From the NCBI GenBank assembly GCA_964016885.1, contig OZ024740.1, forward strand, positions 220,782,001 to 220,846,000: DNA of 64,000 nt. The letters run 5' to 3'. The stretch comes from Eledone cirrhosa. Its lineage: Eukaryota. Numbering within the stretch: position 1 is the first letter of the stretch; every line of letters begins with the position of its first letter. The position numbers and the translations under genes are program-made. Positions 1-10,958 of the stretch are shown one piece after another. The notes under the pieces were generated by a model. That model was given only the letters and a program-made list of their open reading frames with translations, made no database searches and was not told the DNA's origin.

Positions 1-780
1 CTGACTAGGGAAAGGGCCTGGGACTCAAAGTCAGCATCTCGGCTACAGAGGCGGCGGATCCTGAGGAGTTGGGAGTAGGGAATAGAGTGTTTAGTGTGTG
101 TAGGGTGGGAAGAGGTGAAGTCGAGGTAGGAGTGGAAGTCGGTGAGTTTGAAGAAGGCGGAGGTGACGAGGGAGTGGTGGGAGGGGTCGAAGGCGACGGA
201 GATGTCTAAGAAGTGGACGTGGGTGGTGGAGATAGAGGTGGTGAAGTGGAGGGAGGGGTGGAAGGAGCAGAAGAAGCAGAGAAAGGAGTCGAGCTGTTCT
301 CGGGTGAGGGTCGTGGCTCCGATAAAGTCGTCGATGAACGACCGTACAGTTCGGGCGTGGGGCCGGTGTACTGGGCAAAGATTTGGGCCTCAACATGGCC
401 AACAAAAAGGTTGGCATAGTTTGGGCCCATTCTTGTACCCATGGCTACCCCCGTGACCTGTTGGTAAAACTCACCCGAGAAGGAGGAACAATTGAGGGTG
501 AGGACCAGCTCGGCGAGGCGAAGGAGGGTGGGGGTGGAGGGGATGAGGGAGGGGCGAAGGTCGAGGTAGTGCTTAAGGGCACGTAGGCCGTCGGCGTGGG
601 GGATGACTGTGTAGAGGGACTTGATATCTAGGGAGAAGAGGAAGGGCTGTGGGTCGGGTGGGAAGGTGAAGGAGTCGATTAGGCGCAGGGCGTGGTTGGT
701 GTCGGAGATGTGGGAGGGGAGGGTGGTGACAAGGGGGCGAGGATGGAGTCAAGAAAGGCGGAGATGAGTTCGGTGGGGCA
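1..780 (-). mobile_element. Penelope-like element (PLE) reverse transcriptase fragment, degenerate
   Basis: Minus-strand translation contains [19 protein letters not shown] and GVAMGTRMGPNYANLFVG, typical PLE RT motifs; frameshifted; runs off the window start. Confidence 0.8.
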
Positions 781-907
781 TAATGTATATATGTGTGTAT
801 ATATATATGTATATATGTATATATATATGTGTGTATGTATGTGCATATGTATGTATATGTGTATATATATATGTATATATATATATGTATATATATGTAT
901 ATATATG

Positions 908-994
<87 letters not shown>

Positions 995-1143
995 ATATAT
1001 ATATATGTATATAAATATATATATATATGTATATATATGTGTGTGTGTGTGTATATATATATATGTGTGTATATGTGTATATATATATATATGTGTATAT
1101 GTATATATATAAATATATATATGTGTATATGTGTATATATGTA
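781..1143. repeat. Compound (TA)n/(TG)n microsatellite
   Basis: Direct reading; explains the YIYI ORFs. Confidence 0.98.
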
Positions 1144-1439
1144 TCGAGCTGATAAACTCCGACATCACACACTTACACCTCTCCAAGACAATGTCACTGG
1201 ACCGAGACCTTTGGCGGTACTCAGTAACAGAGAAGACCCGCCTTACCTAAATATATAGTAAAACCTACTCCAGCCAGTAGGCATCTCTAACAAAATACAC
1301 CCCGTCCCACCACTCCCACCCCATCCACACCACCCCATTCTATGTAAAGTTATGTTGGTGCCGCGCCATCCAGGCCGAAACAAATGAGATCGTGTAGGTG
1401 TCACGACAAAAAAACACACAGTCCACGCTGTAATGTGGC

Positions 1440-1643
1440 CGTGTAGGCAACACGGTAAAAACCTCCCAGACCCACACTGTAAATGTGGTTGGTGTTAGGA
1501 AGGGCATCCAACTGTAGAAAACCTGCCAGACAGTCCTATGCGAGCAAGACAATCACTCTTGCCTCAAGTGGGACTACCCCCGTCCAAACCCATGCAAGCG
1601 TGGAACACGGACGTTAAACGTTGATGATGATGATGATGATGAT
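1440..1643 (+). mobile_element. SINE-like repeat ending in (GAT)n; diverged relative at ~24440-24645
   Basis: TGGTTGGTGTTAGGAAGGGCATCCA...CCCATGCAAGCGTGGAA...(GAT)n tail; similar motifs at 24480-24645. Confidence 0.6.
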
Positions 1644-1723
1644 ATATGTGTGTATATGTGTATATATGTGTGTATATGTGTATATATGTGTGTATATATG
1701 TATATATATGTATGACAAACCAC

Positions 1724-1813
1724 ACCCCTGATGTTACAGCCAGTAAACCGCCAAGCCCTTTGGCAATCAGTCTGGAACAAGCTGTTGAAATGGCAAGAGC
1801 TCAACCATCGGGT
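1724..1813 (+). ncRNA. Degenerate type I hammerhead ribozyme (C3-G8 member of the 6140/51294 family)
   Basis: ACCC CTGATG(T) ..CAGC...GCTGTT GAAA TGG-CAAGAGCTCAA-CCA TC GGGT; A9 lost. Confidence 0.6.
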
Positions 1814-1908
1814 CCCAACTCTTAATAATATAACCATACTCTTCTACACCAAGTATTGAGTACTCTGTTGAGTAATGGTCTAACCAGTTTCAAACTGGAT
1901 CCAGCTCG

Positions 1909-1976
<68 letters not shown>

Positions 1977-2058
1977 GTTATTCCGGGTTGAATCGGAGGT
2001 AACCACAGTAAGTAAGGTACTCAATACATAACAGAGTATAAAAGTTTTAATATAGATG

Positions 2059-2109
2059 AGATTCTACAGGACTAGAACTGTTTCATTCTTTAGAAATCAT
2101 CAGGAATCT
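2059..2109 (-). ncRNA. Minimal type I hammerhead ribozyme, intact core
   Basis: Minus strand AGATTC CTGATGA TTTCTAAAGAAT GAAA CAG-TTCTAGTC-CTG TA GAATCT; 6-bp stem I. Confidence 0.85.
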
Positions 2110-2540
2110 GGCTTTCCAAAAATAAATGTTGTGGTATTTATATCTTTTCATGTGGTAGGAGAGGGTGGGGAGTGGGATGAGTAGAGGTCATTGGTTGAAA
2201 GAAAAGGGAATTCATTAAAAGCTAATTCTTTAAGGCTATAATTTATATTTAGAGTGACAAAGGCAGAAAGAATTCTATAAACATGTTCAGAATGGGGTGC
2301 CACTCCTTATTTTTAAGTTTCTCTTAGGCTAACAATGTCTATATTTCAGGTGTATATAAGATGGTTGGGGGTCGGTCATGGTTGATGGATTTAAAGAAAA
2401 GGGAAATTCTTTAAAAGCTAATTCTTTAAAGTTCTACTGAGAGTGACAAAGGCAAAGAGAATTCTATAAACCAGTTCAAAATATTGGGTGCCTATCATAT
2501 CATTATCTTCAAATTTCTCTTAAGCCATATTCCAGGTGTC

Positions 2541-2628
<88 letters not shown>

Positions 2629-2807
2629 AATACAATATCGGAGAAAGCTTTTTAGCGATACTCCGGCCAAATTCCAACTCACTCAACAAACATTAGGAAA
2701 TAAGTGAGTATATTCCTAATTAAGCGTTCGGGGTGCTAACTAAATGGAAATTGCGTGTAAAATTGGGTGTATTATTTCATATGAGACATATCGAATATAT
2801 ATCTCTT

Positions 2808-2934
2808 CCCAGACGGACGTCTCGTTTCATTATAGGATTCCTACAATTTGGGTGAAATTATACCAATTTATATAGGAGCTTGTATACCATCAATAGATAT
2901 ATATTCAAGTGGGCTCCTATAATTCATCAGTGGG
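2808..2934 (-). ncRNA. Type I hammerhead ribozyme with long loop II, copy 1
   Basis: CCCA CTGATGA ATTATAGGA...TCCTATAAT GAAA CG-AGACGTC-CG TC TGGG; 9-bp stem II. Confidence 0.85.
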
Positions 2935-3189
2935 TGCCCCAATAATACTAATATTGATAATCTAACCAACATCAGCATTTAGCGATAATTATCAATAGTG
3001 CCTGAGGTATCTGTTAGGTTGCTAGTCCAGCAGTTCTAAAGAAATACTCAAACTGATTCAAAAATGAGGAAATAAATTACCGCCAAAAAAACAATACATG
3101 CGCATGACAATGAACTCTAAAATGAATTCAGGCCACGTGCTAGAACTCAATTGGAACTTGAAAAAATATCTATCTTGAAAAAATATCTA

Positions 3190-3222
<33 letters not shown>

Positions 3223-3399
3223 AATACAATATCGGAGAAAGCTTTTTAGCGATAATCCGGCCAAATTCCAACTCACTCAACAAACATTAGGAAATAAGTG
3301 AATATATTCCTAATTAAGCTTTCGGGGTGCTAACTAAAAGTATTGCGTGGAAAATTGGGTGTATTATTTCATATGAGACATATCGAATATATATCTCTT

Positions 3400-3526
3400 C
3401 CCAGACGGACGTCTCGTTTCATTATAGGATTCCTACAATTTGGGTGAAATTATACCAATTTATATAGGAGCTTGTATACCATCAATAGATATATATTCAA
3501 GTGGGCTCCTATAATTCATCAGTGGG
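3400..3526 (-). ncRNA. Type I hammerhead ribozyme with long loop II, copy 2
   Basis: Same motif as 2808-2934. Confidence 0.85.
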
Positions 3527-3720
3527 TGCCCCAATAATACTAATATTGATAATCTAACCAACATCGAATATATCTCTTATATATATATGTGTGTGTGTAG
3601 GAGGTGAGTTTTATTGTAGCACAATAAAGCAATGCAAATATCGGATAAGTAGCACTCCACAATTTATAGGACTGGAGTATAAATAATATAAGATCAAAAG
3701 ATGGTTAAAAGAGTTCCAAG

Positions 3721-3791
3721 TATTTTATTATGCGCATTTCAAAAACAAATATCATCATGGGATGACATTTGCGTTCTCATCAGATAAAATA
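3721..3791 (-). ncRNA. Type I hammerhead ribozyme with palindromic stem III
   Basis: TATTTTAT CTGATGA GAACGCAAATGTCATC-CCAT-GATGATATTTGTTTTT GAAA TGCGCA TA ATAAAATA. Confidence 0.85.
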
Positions 3792-4543
3792 GGGAGACAT
3801 GATATGAAGCTTAAAAAAACACTTGCAAGCAGTGAAGTGTTAAATCAACATATGAAAAATAAAGTAAGATGGATATATGAGATTGGGGAAAAAGGAGGGG
3901 GGGGGGTAGGAAAAGGTAAGGAAGAGGAAGAAAGAAAATAAAGGATGACGGGGGAGGAGTATAAGAAGGAAGGATGAGAGAGGAGGAGAAATGAGTGATA
4001 GAGAGAGAGAAATAGCCTTTACAACTGAGAAAACATTGTCTCACAGAGAGAAATTAAAAAACCGTTGAAAGATAATGGATAATTTAAAAAGATTTTGAAA
4101 TTAAAAGTTAATGAGGTTTATGAATGGTGATGTTTATGATTAAAGAAAAAGGAATTAAGAATAGTATTTATTTAAGGTTTATATATTGAAGGGTTTAATA
4201 ATATGTGCGAAAAAAAGAATTTATTAATATGTATTATTAAAATAAAAATATTAAGGATATGAAAGAAGGAGAGACTGAATGAAATATGAACTTAGAGGAA
4301 TTAGTTAGGGTTTAAGTTTGTTTTTATGTATTGTAATATGTAAAAGTAAATAATAGGTTTAATACGAGCACGGAAGGAGAGAAGAAGGAAGAAAAGTATA
4401 TATGTTTACAAAAATTTTCTAATGGTAATATTATTATATATTAAAAAAAAAAATATATATATAGTTTCTATGGCCAATAATATAAGGAAAAATGGAAAAA
4501 TGGAAAATGCTATAGTGAGTAATATGAATTAAGAAGTAATCCT

Positions 4544-4676
4544 CCAAATTACTTTAGTCGATCTAGCTTATATCCAAAAAGATTTTGGCTTAAGTTTTGG
4601 CTAATATATATATAATATATTAAAACTTATGCCAAAATCTTTTTGGATATAAGCTAGATCGACTAAAGTAATTTGG
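4544..4676. repeat. Long inverted repeat (hairpin, ~55-bp arms)
   Basis: CCAAATTACTTTAGTCGATCTAGCTTATATCCAAAAAGATTTTGGC and its reverse complement. Confidence 0.9.
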
Positions 4677-4789
4677 TTTTACTTATATAGTTCCTCAACC
4701 ATGGTTTGGGGAATTCAAAAAACAACATTGACCATTCTTAGCAAGGATTAGACAAGCCATCACAGACTGATTCAGTACAAAGTAGAGCT

Positions 4790-5160
4790 AATGGCCACAC
4801 AGACAGGCTGGGGGTTCACATCTCACACATGTTTCCATATTCTACTGAGTGTATTTAATTGTGATACCAGCACTATGGAGGTTGTCCTGTCTTTGATAGA
4901 GCTGAAGAGTTCTCCGAACCAATTGTTTGGTGGGTTTTCTATTGTTGGATACCCTTCTAATCAGCAACCACTTTACAGTGTACTGGCTATGTTTATTGTG
5001 TAGATCGCCAATACTAAAAATGTTGTCACATGCTTGACACAACTGAAGAGTTCTTTGTCCTCTTTTTGCAGGGTTTCTACAGCGGGATGCCTTTCTTATC
5101 ACCAACCACCTTACAGGATGTACTGGATATATTTTCATGTCACCAGAGGTTGTTGGTCAT
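4790..5160 (-). mobile_element. Possible degenerate PLE endonuclease-region remnant
   Basis: Frameshifted Cys-containing segment (CQAC) and an LNTL C-terminal-like motif; weak. Confidence 0.3.
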
Positions 5161-5167
5161 TAATTAA

Positions 5168-5352
5168 TATAATTGTTTCTACTTTAGGCACAAGGCCAGC
5201 AATTACCCAGTGCATTACTGGTACTTTATTTTATCGACCCCGTAAGGATGAAAGGCAAAGTCAACCTCGGCGGGATTTGAACTCAGATCGTAAAGGGACG
5301 TAACTATGCTGGAAAGCATGGCGTCCGACCCTCTACCGATACTGCCAATCCA
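5168..5352 (-). mobile_element. tRNA-derived SINE (Meta-domain-like core), full length
   Basis: Reverse complement of 24748-24935: A box TGGCAGTATCGG, B box GAGTTCAAATCC, core GCCTTTCATCCTTACGGGGTCGATAAAATAAAGTACCAG. Confidence 0.9.
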
Positions 5353-6139
5353 TCAATAATGAGTCCTTTCTAACATATGGAAGATGGATGTGTTGAGAAG
5401 GATGATAAGTATGATGGTATTTGACAAGGTGATTAGTAGGAGGAGGAGAAGGGTGATCTCTGATAGCAGTACTGTCATAACAGTAGCTATCAAATAGTTA
5501 TAACTAGTGTGTCAGGATTTTAGAGGGTCTCACTTAGACAGAGGCTGCAAATGCCAGATTTACCTCCATCTGAGTGAGACCCTCGAGATACTCAGGAGGG
5601 GAATAAATATAATCAATCATAGGGCAGATTTCTTTGGTGCAAGTCGATACTTAAGGACAGGAACTTTCCTCAAGCTATATGGATAGCGACCCTACCACAC
5701 TGTGTCTCAGATACACCAACCCGCCCAATGCCCCTATCTTTTCTCTTCTTGTCTCTATTAGCAGCTAAGCATATCCCAGAGCCACACTAACTTAGCTGTT
5801 GAGCCCACACCTTACTTCACTTTGGATTTCCCCTCTTTCTCACTTCTTTAGTTCTACTCTACGTCTGTAACCACTAGCTATTTAGCAAGATAATATACGT
5901 TGGCAGAATCCAATCTTGCGTATCTCCACGCACCCCACATTTCTGATCCATCTACCCGCTGTCTATAATTTGGTTTTCCTAAGGACAAACTATCTCCAGC
6001 CTAATTCCTTTCATCCATAAACGTCAATACAAACCGTGATAAATAGGAATGTTATTTCTATTTTCTTTCTTCCAAAGGGTCCACATGTGTGTGTGTGTGT
6101 ATATATATATACATATATATATATAGGAAAAGAGTCAGG

Positions 6140-6235
6140 ACTCCGACGGCTGAGCTCCGGCCGTTTCGACAGCTAGGTTTGAGCTAACGCTGTAGTGTCA
6201 GGATGGCAGTAGTCTAGCTGAACTTATCAAGGGGT
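6140..6235 (-). ncRNA. Hammerhead ribozyme variant with UUGAUAA core (U3-A8)
   Basis: ACCCC TTGATAA GTTCAGCTAG...CTAGCTGTC GAAA CGGC-CGGAGCTCA-GCCG TC GGAGT. Confidence 0.75.
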
Positions 6236-6514
6236 AATTCCATATATGGGCATGCAATGAGAGCGTAGTAATATTCTCATATCAAACAATTCTAAAAGTT
6301 GTTGTTTTTCATTTGTCACTGGGAGTGGTCAAAGATTTTGTAAACACAGTTGAATTCCTTCCTAGCATCAGGTGGGGGTGGCTGAACTTGCCTGTAGAAC
6401 AAGGGGAGGGAGTAAGATGACAATCTGGCCTGTGGATGCAGGCCAGTCATGCGTTAAGAGAGAATTCTATACAGCTACCTCTGGCATGTACAGAATAACC
6501 AGGTAAGAAACAAG

Positions 6515-6566
<52 letters not shown>

Positions 6567-6713
6567 AAAGTTATATTTAAATTGTTGGGTTACAACTAGT
6601 AAATATTTATAACTGATATAAAAGCACTCAACAAGTATTTGGAGTATATTTACGATATTAAATAAATGGAAACTATATTTATAAAACTATTATCTATAAA
6701 ACTGTCTATATTG

Positions 6714-6779
6714 TATTTTGTCTGAAGAAGGCATAACATATTGTTAATATGATATCCCTGAAATATATATAATGAAATA
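6714..6779 (+). ncRNA. Type I hammerhead ribozyme enclosed by a 37-bp inverted repeat (6651-6687 / 6786-6822)
   Basis: TATTTTGT CTGAAGA AG...CT GAAA TATATA TA ATGAAATA; the flanking arms are perfect reverse complements. Confidence 0.75.
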
Positions 6780-7571
6780 AATATGGTTTTATAAATATAG
6801 TTTCCATTTATTTAATATCGTATATATATATATATATATATATATGTGAAAAAATGGGGAGAAGAATACTGCAGGTTGCACATGGATAACATGTTATAAA
6901 ATGAGTCCCTCATCAGTGATTTACCAACGGTCATAGGTATTTCATTGCATTAAAAATCATATACCTCACGTTGGCGCAATAATAACTAAAATAAGTTATT
7001 AGGACAATTAAAACGCGTAAAGCGAGTGAGACAAGTAAACAACACAGGGGAAAGCTAACCGAAGATAGGAAAGACACAAGCTACATAGTTATTCTATCAG
7101 TATAAGCTGGGTGAATATATGAACGAATAGAAAATAGACCTTTCGAGATGAATCCAATGTAAGAAAGAAGGAAAATCGTTAACATCGCGAACGGGGGGAA
7201 GTGAGAAGGGGAGAAACAGTGAGTGAGTGAGTGGAAGTGTGAGGAAGAGGTCAGTAGAGAGAAAGTGTTAACTGACATGACAGAGGGGACGAAAGAAAGT
7301 AAGAGAAACAGAGAGAACGAGGGAGCAGTAAGAGAGAGAGAGAGAAAAACAGAATCGCAATTTAGGTAAATATATGTGAAAAAATATGAATAAAGTTAGT
7401 CCTTCATCAGTGATCTTCCAACCATCATTGGTATTTCATCGCTTTAAAGACCATATACCTCCAGTTGGTGCGAGCAACGGCTAAAAAAAGTCGTTGGGAC
7501 ACGTAAATAAAGGGGACAGGAGAGTGTAAACAAACAAAGATGGTGAAGCAACGAAAAGTGAGGAAGAAAGA

Positions 7572-7636
<65 letters not shown>

Positions 7637-7959
7637 CGTGTATATAGATATATATGCGTGCATGTGTGTATATATTTACAATATGGATTATAATTTTAAC
7701 ACCTTCTTTTATTATCTTGACTCTTAATTTTGATACGCATACACTTTTCTAAATGAACCCATACATGTTTATATATTTTAAATTTTCACTAACAACTCTG
7801 CTTTTCACGCGCGCGCGCACCCCCACCCCCCACACACACTCACACACACTCACACACACACACAGACACACACACACACACGCGCATATGTTACCAGTAG
7901 CATTAACATCGCATGATTCATAACAGAGGTGTACATGAAAGCATATACAATATGTTTAA

Positions 7960-8180
7960 TCCTTTAGCATTTAAACCGGCCGTATCCGGCTAGAACTCTA
8001 TCACCGCTTTCTGTTCGAACCGGCTGTAACTGGCCACTCATACCTACATTAAGGTATTGTTCTCAAAATAAATAACATCAAAATCTATTAGATTCGATAT
8101 TACGTGAGATAATTATGTAAGATAAAGCCTTTACTGTGAAAATACAATAGTAAATATAGAATAATGTAAATGTTAAAGGG
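7960..8180. mobile_element. piggyBac-type MITE
   Basis: TTAA at 7956-7959 and 8181-8184; TIR TCCTTTAGCATTTA / TAAATGTTAAAGGG. Confidence 0.75.
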
Positions 8181-8599
8181 TTAAGTATAATAAACATTCA
8201 TATATCTCATAGTCGATATGCAACTGAGTATCTCCATAACTATATCATCTGAAAAAAAATCTATATAAGCTATAGCTTATTTTGCCACAGTTTCGAGTGA
8301 GTAAACATGACTGAAGACGGATAAAAATCCTGAAATATTAGTGTTTGGCATTCCCCTATGGCTACTGCGGTAGCTGTGACATAATCACATGGGCTCCAGC
8401 AGGACAAGCTGAAGGTTGCATGTTGTTGATGTATACGTTACTTTCTGATAGGTTTGTTGTTGAACCTGTAGTGGTAGAGATTTATAGCACTCTTGGTTCT
8501 GCATACCGGAGAACATTCTCTCACGTTGTCCAGGCATATATCACTGGAGCAGGGGCCTCGTTTGCCTTAAAAATGTGAGGGAGACAAACCAACATTTGT

Positions 8600-9290
8600 T
8601 GATTCTTAAAGGAGCATGTTAGTATTGCTTATGGTGCCTTTCCCGCACCCTATCACATAAGTAACATTTTACACTAATTAAATTTTATATATTCAAATGA
8701 AGTTCAGATATAAAAAAATAAGCTTAAAAAGAATTTATTATATCAAATGAACAAAAAATAAAACATAGACGTTTGAATAAAAAAAATATAAAGTAAATTA
8801 ATTTTCTTTTAGAACTTTCCAAATGTATTTATATCTCGCATCATTGCTGTCAATAAATAATTTAACAACTTCTTCACAACTAATCTTTTTCAAAGCATCC
8901 CTATGAACGTGGCATAGTAGAATTGTAACACATATTTCCTAGAAACTAAATGGTTATTTCGTGGAAAGCCTGGGTGTATTGACATTCATAAAATGTATTG
9001 GTACTAGGTTGTGAGTCCAACAGTATTGGCTAGCAGGGTGTTGCCATTCTTAAAAGAGCATTGCTTATGGTGCCTTTTCTGGACCCTATCACATAAGTAA
9101 AATTTTACGCTAATTAAATTTTATATATTCAAATGAAGTTCAGATATAAAAAATAAGCTTAAAAAGAATTTATTATTATATCAAATAAACAAAAACTAAA
9201 ACACGTTTGAATAAGTTGTGAGACGGTTGAATAGGTTGTGAGACGGTTGAATAGGTTGTGAGTCCAACAGTATTGGCTAGCAGGGTATGG
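8600..9290. repeat. Local direct duplications (~180 bp 8603-8780 vs 9046-9215; ~35 bp 9005-9040 vs 9252-9287)
   Basis: Direct sequence comparison. Confidence 0.75.
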
Positions 9291-9672
9291 CCTGTCTTTA
9301 TATGTAAGAATACCTGATGGAATGTGTATACAGGTTTGACTGCATGCCATTAGCGGTTAAGCAGATGTATGATTAAAAGCATTTATTACCATCACCATTA
9401 AAAGGCCATTTTCTCTGCTAGTGAAGTTGGACAGCTCTTCACAGATGACTCAGTACTGAAGTGGGGTTTCTGACTCCCCAGAAAGGCCAGGGGTTCTAGT
9501 TATAAATCTGAATACTTGAGTGTTTTTTCGGAAACCTTTAATTAACCTTTAATTTATATATATATATATAATAATATATACAAATTCAAACGATATAGGA
9601 AAAAGTCTCTTTCATATCCTGTACATACATGTAGAATTACAAATAATAAATCTATTCACACATAGAAAGAAT

Positions 9673-9804
9673 CACTTATACGGCCGTTTCATGATAAATT
9701 CCAGAAAATGATGCCTATAATCGATTTAATGATTGGGCTCAATCCCCAATCATCGATCTTAGTAACAAGTATCAAGACCAGGGAACAACATTTGTCAGTA
9801 AGCG
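9673..9804 (-). ncRNA. Decayed hammerhead ribozyme (G8A, long loop II)
   Basis: CGCTTA CTGACAA ATG...CAT GAAA CGGCCG TA TAAGTG. Confidence 0.6.
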
Positions 9805-9974
9805 CTGAAGGTCTTACTATATATCTCTCACTCATTAGCTAATCTACTGCCTAAGGAAGACGATGAAATAAAACCGATATCTCCCAGAAGACAGATATTA
9901 CGTGACTGACTCAACAAGAAAATCTCAATGAACCTTAAGTTCAGAGCATAATTTATATATCTAGTTGAGAGACA

Positions 9975-10210
9975 GCCGGTATTATGTACAACCTGTCCAC
10001 GGTCGGGTCGTCAGTGACTAAACCGGCAACCCCACCAAAAGGGTGATTCTGGATACCTTGCGGGATGAAAAACAGAACTCGTCAAAGAGCGGAGGAACTG
10101 CAACGCTTAATAATTTTACGGACAATGTGGTATTGACTGCAATGCCGTGGTTTTCGTAAGAGAACACAGCTATCTCTTTGACAGTAAAGTCTTCTTCTTC
10201 TTCTTCTTCT

Positions 10211-10278
<68 letters not shown>
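9975..10278 (+). mobile_element. Short RTE-related non-autonomous element with (TTC)n/(TC)n tail
   Basis: 5' part TACAACCTGTCCACGGTCGGGTCGTCAGTGACTAAACCGGCAACCCCACCAA matches the 5' part of the element at 55540. Confidence 0.55.
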
Positions 10279-10280
<2 letters not shown>

Positions 10281-10549
10281 CTTCTCCGTTATTTTCTTCT
10301 TCACGCACTTATTTCGGAGAGGGCTGTGGGGGACAAGTCCTCAAACACTCCTTCCAGCGGCGCGTGTCAGAAGCAACCGACTTCAACTGATCTGGCTGAA
10401 TGCCCGACCGAGACCAACCAAGCTCGTGGATGTTGTCCAACCATCTTGCTCTAACCCTGGGTCTTCTGTAGGTTGGTTTTACTGTCCAGCGATTCTTTCC
10501 TGAGACATTCTAACCCCATGCTCATAGTATCGGAGCTGTGATCTCTCAC

Positions 10550-10682
10550 GGCCCTTGCCATTCTGAGTTCAAATCCCGCCGAGGTTTACTTTGCCTTTCA
10601 TCTTTACGGGGCCGATAAAATAAAGTACCAGTAATGTACTGAGTAATTGCTGGCCTTGTGCCAAAAGTAGAAACAATTATTT
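10550..10682 (+). mobile_element. SINE (Meta-like family), 5'-truncated
   Basis: B box, core and AAGTAGAAACAATTATT tail. Confidence 0.85.
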
Positions 10683-10813
10683 TCATGAACAGTAAAAAGT
10701 CTTTATTAAAAATATTAAAATTGATTTATAGATTTATTGGGCTTTATTTTCAGTTTGGTTAAAATAACAGTATGCTATATATTCATCTAAAAAATCATTT
10801 TAAAATTCAATTA

Positions 10814-10958
10814 TAACATCTAGTATTACTGTATACTGCCAGTAATACGTACAGTATATATACACTGTAATTAGTAAAAAATATAGGTTTTTTTTTACTA
10901 ATTACAGTGTATATATACTGTACATATTACTGGCAGTATACAGTAATACTAGATGTTA
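10814..10958. repeat. Near-perfect hairpin, ~68-bp arms (foldback/MITE-like)
   Basis: TAACATCTAGTATTACTGTATACTGCCAG... mirrored by ...CTGGCAGTATACAGTAATACTAGATGTTA. Confidence 0.9.

Larger units (their letters stand above)
2625..3564 (-). repeat. Partial tandem duplication (~350 bp, period 592 bp), each copy carrying a hammerhead and abutting (CA)n; PLE pLTR/retrozyme-like
   Basis: 2625-2973 nearly identical to ~3219-3564. Confidence 0.85.

Noticed and set aside
573-1258. Long YIYI/CVCV ORFs (also at 45644-46455 and 53658-58258)
   Set aside because: Translations of microsatellites
6895-7480. Two related segments with CTGATGA on the minus strand (6910, 7403)
   Set aside because: No matching GAAA, stem III or cleavage site found; at most truncated HHR remnants
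8303-8346. CTGAAGA CGGAT-AAAA-ATCCT GAAA hammerhead-like motif
   Set aside because: Stem III essentially absent and stem I needs a bulge; not supportable
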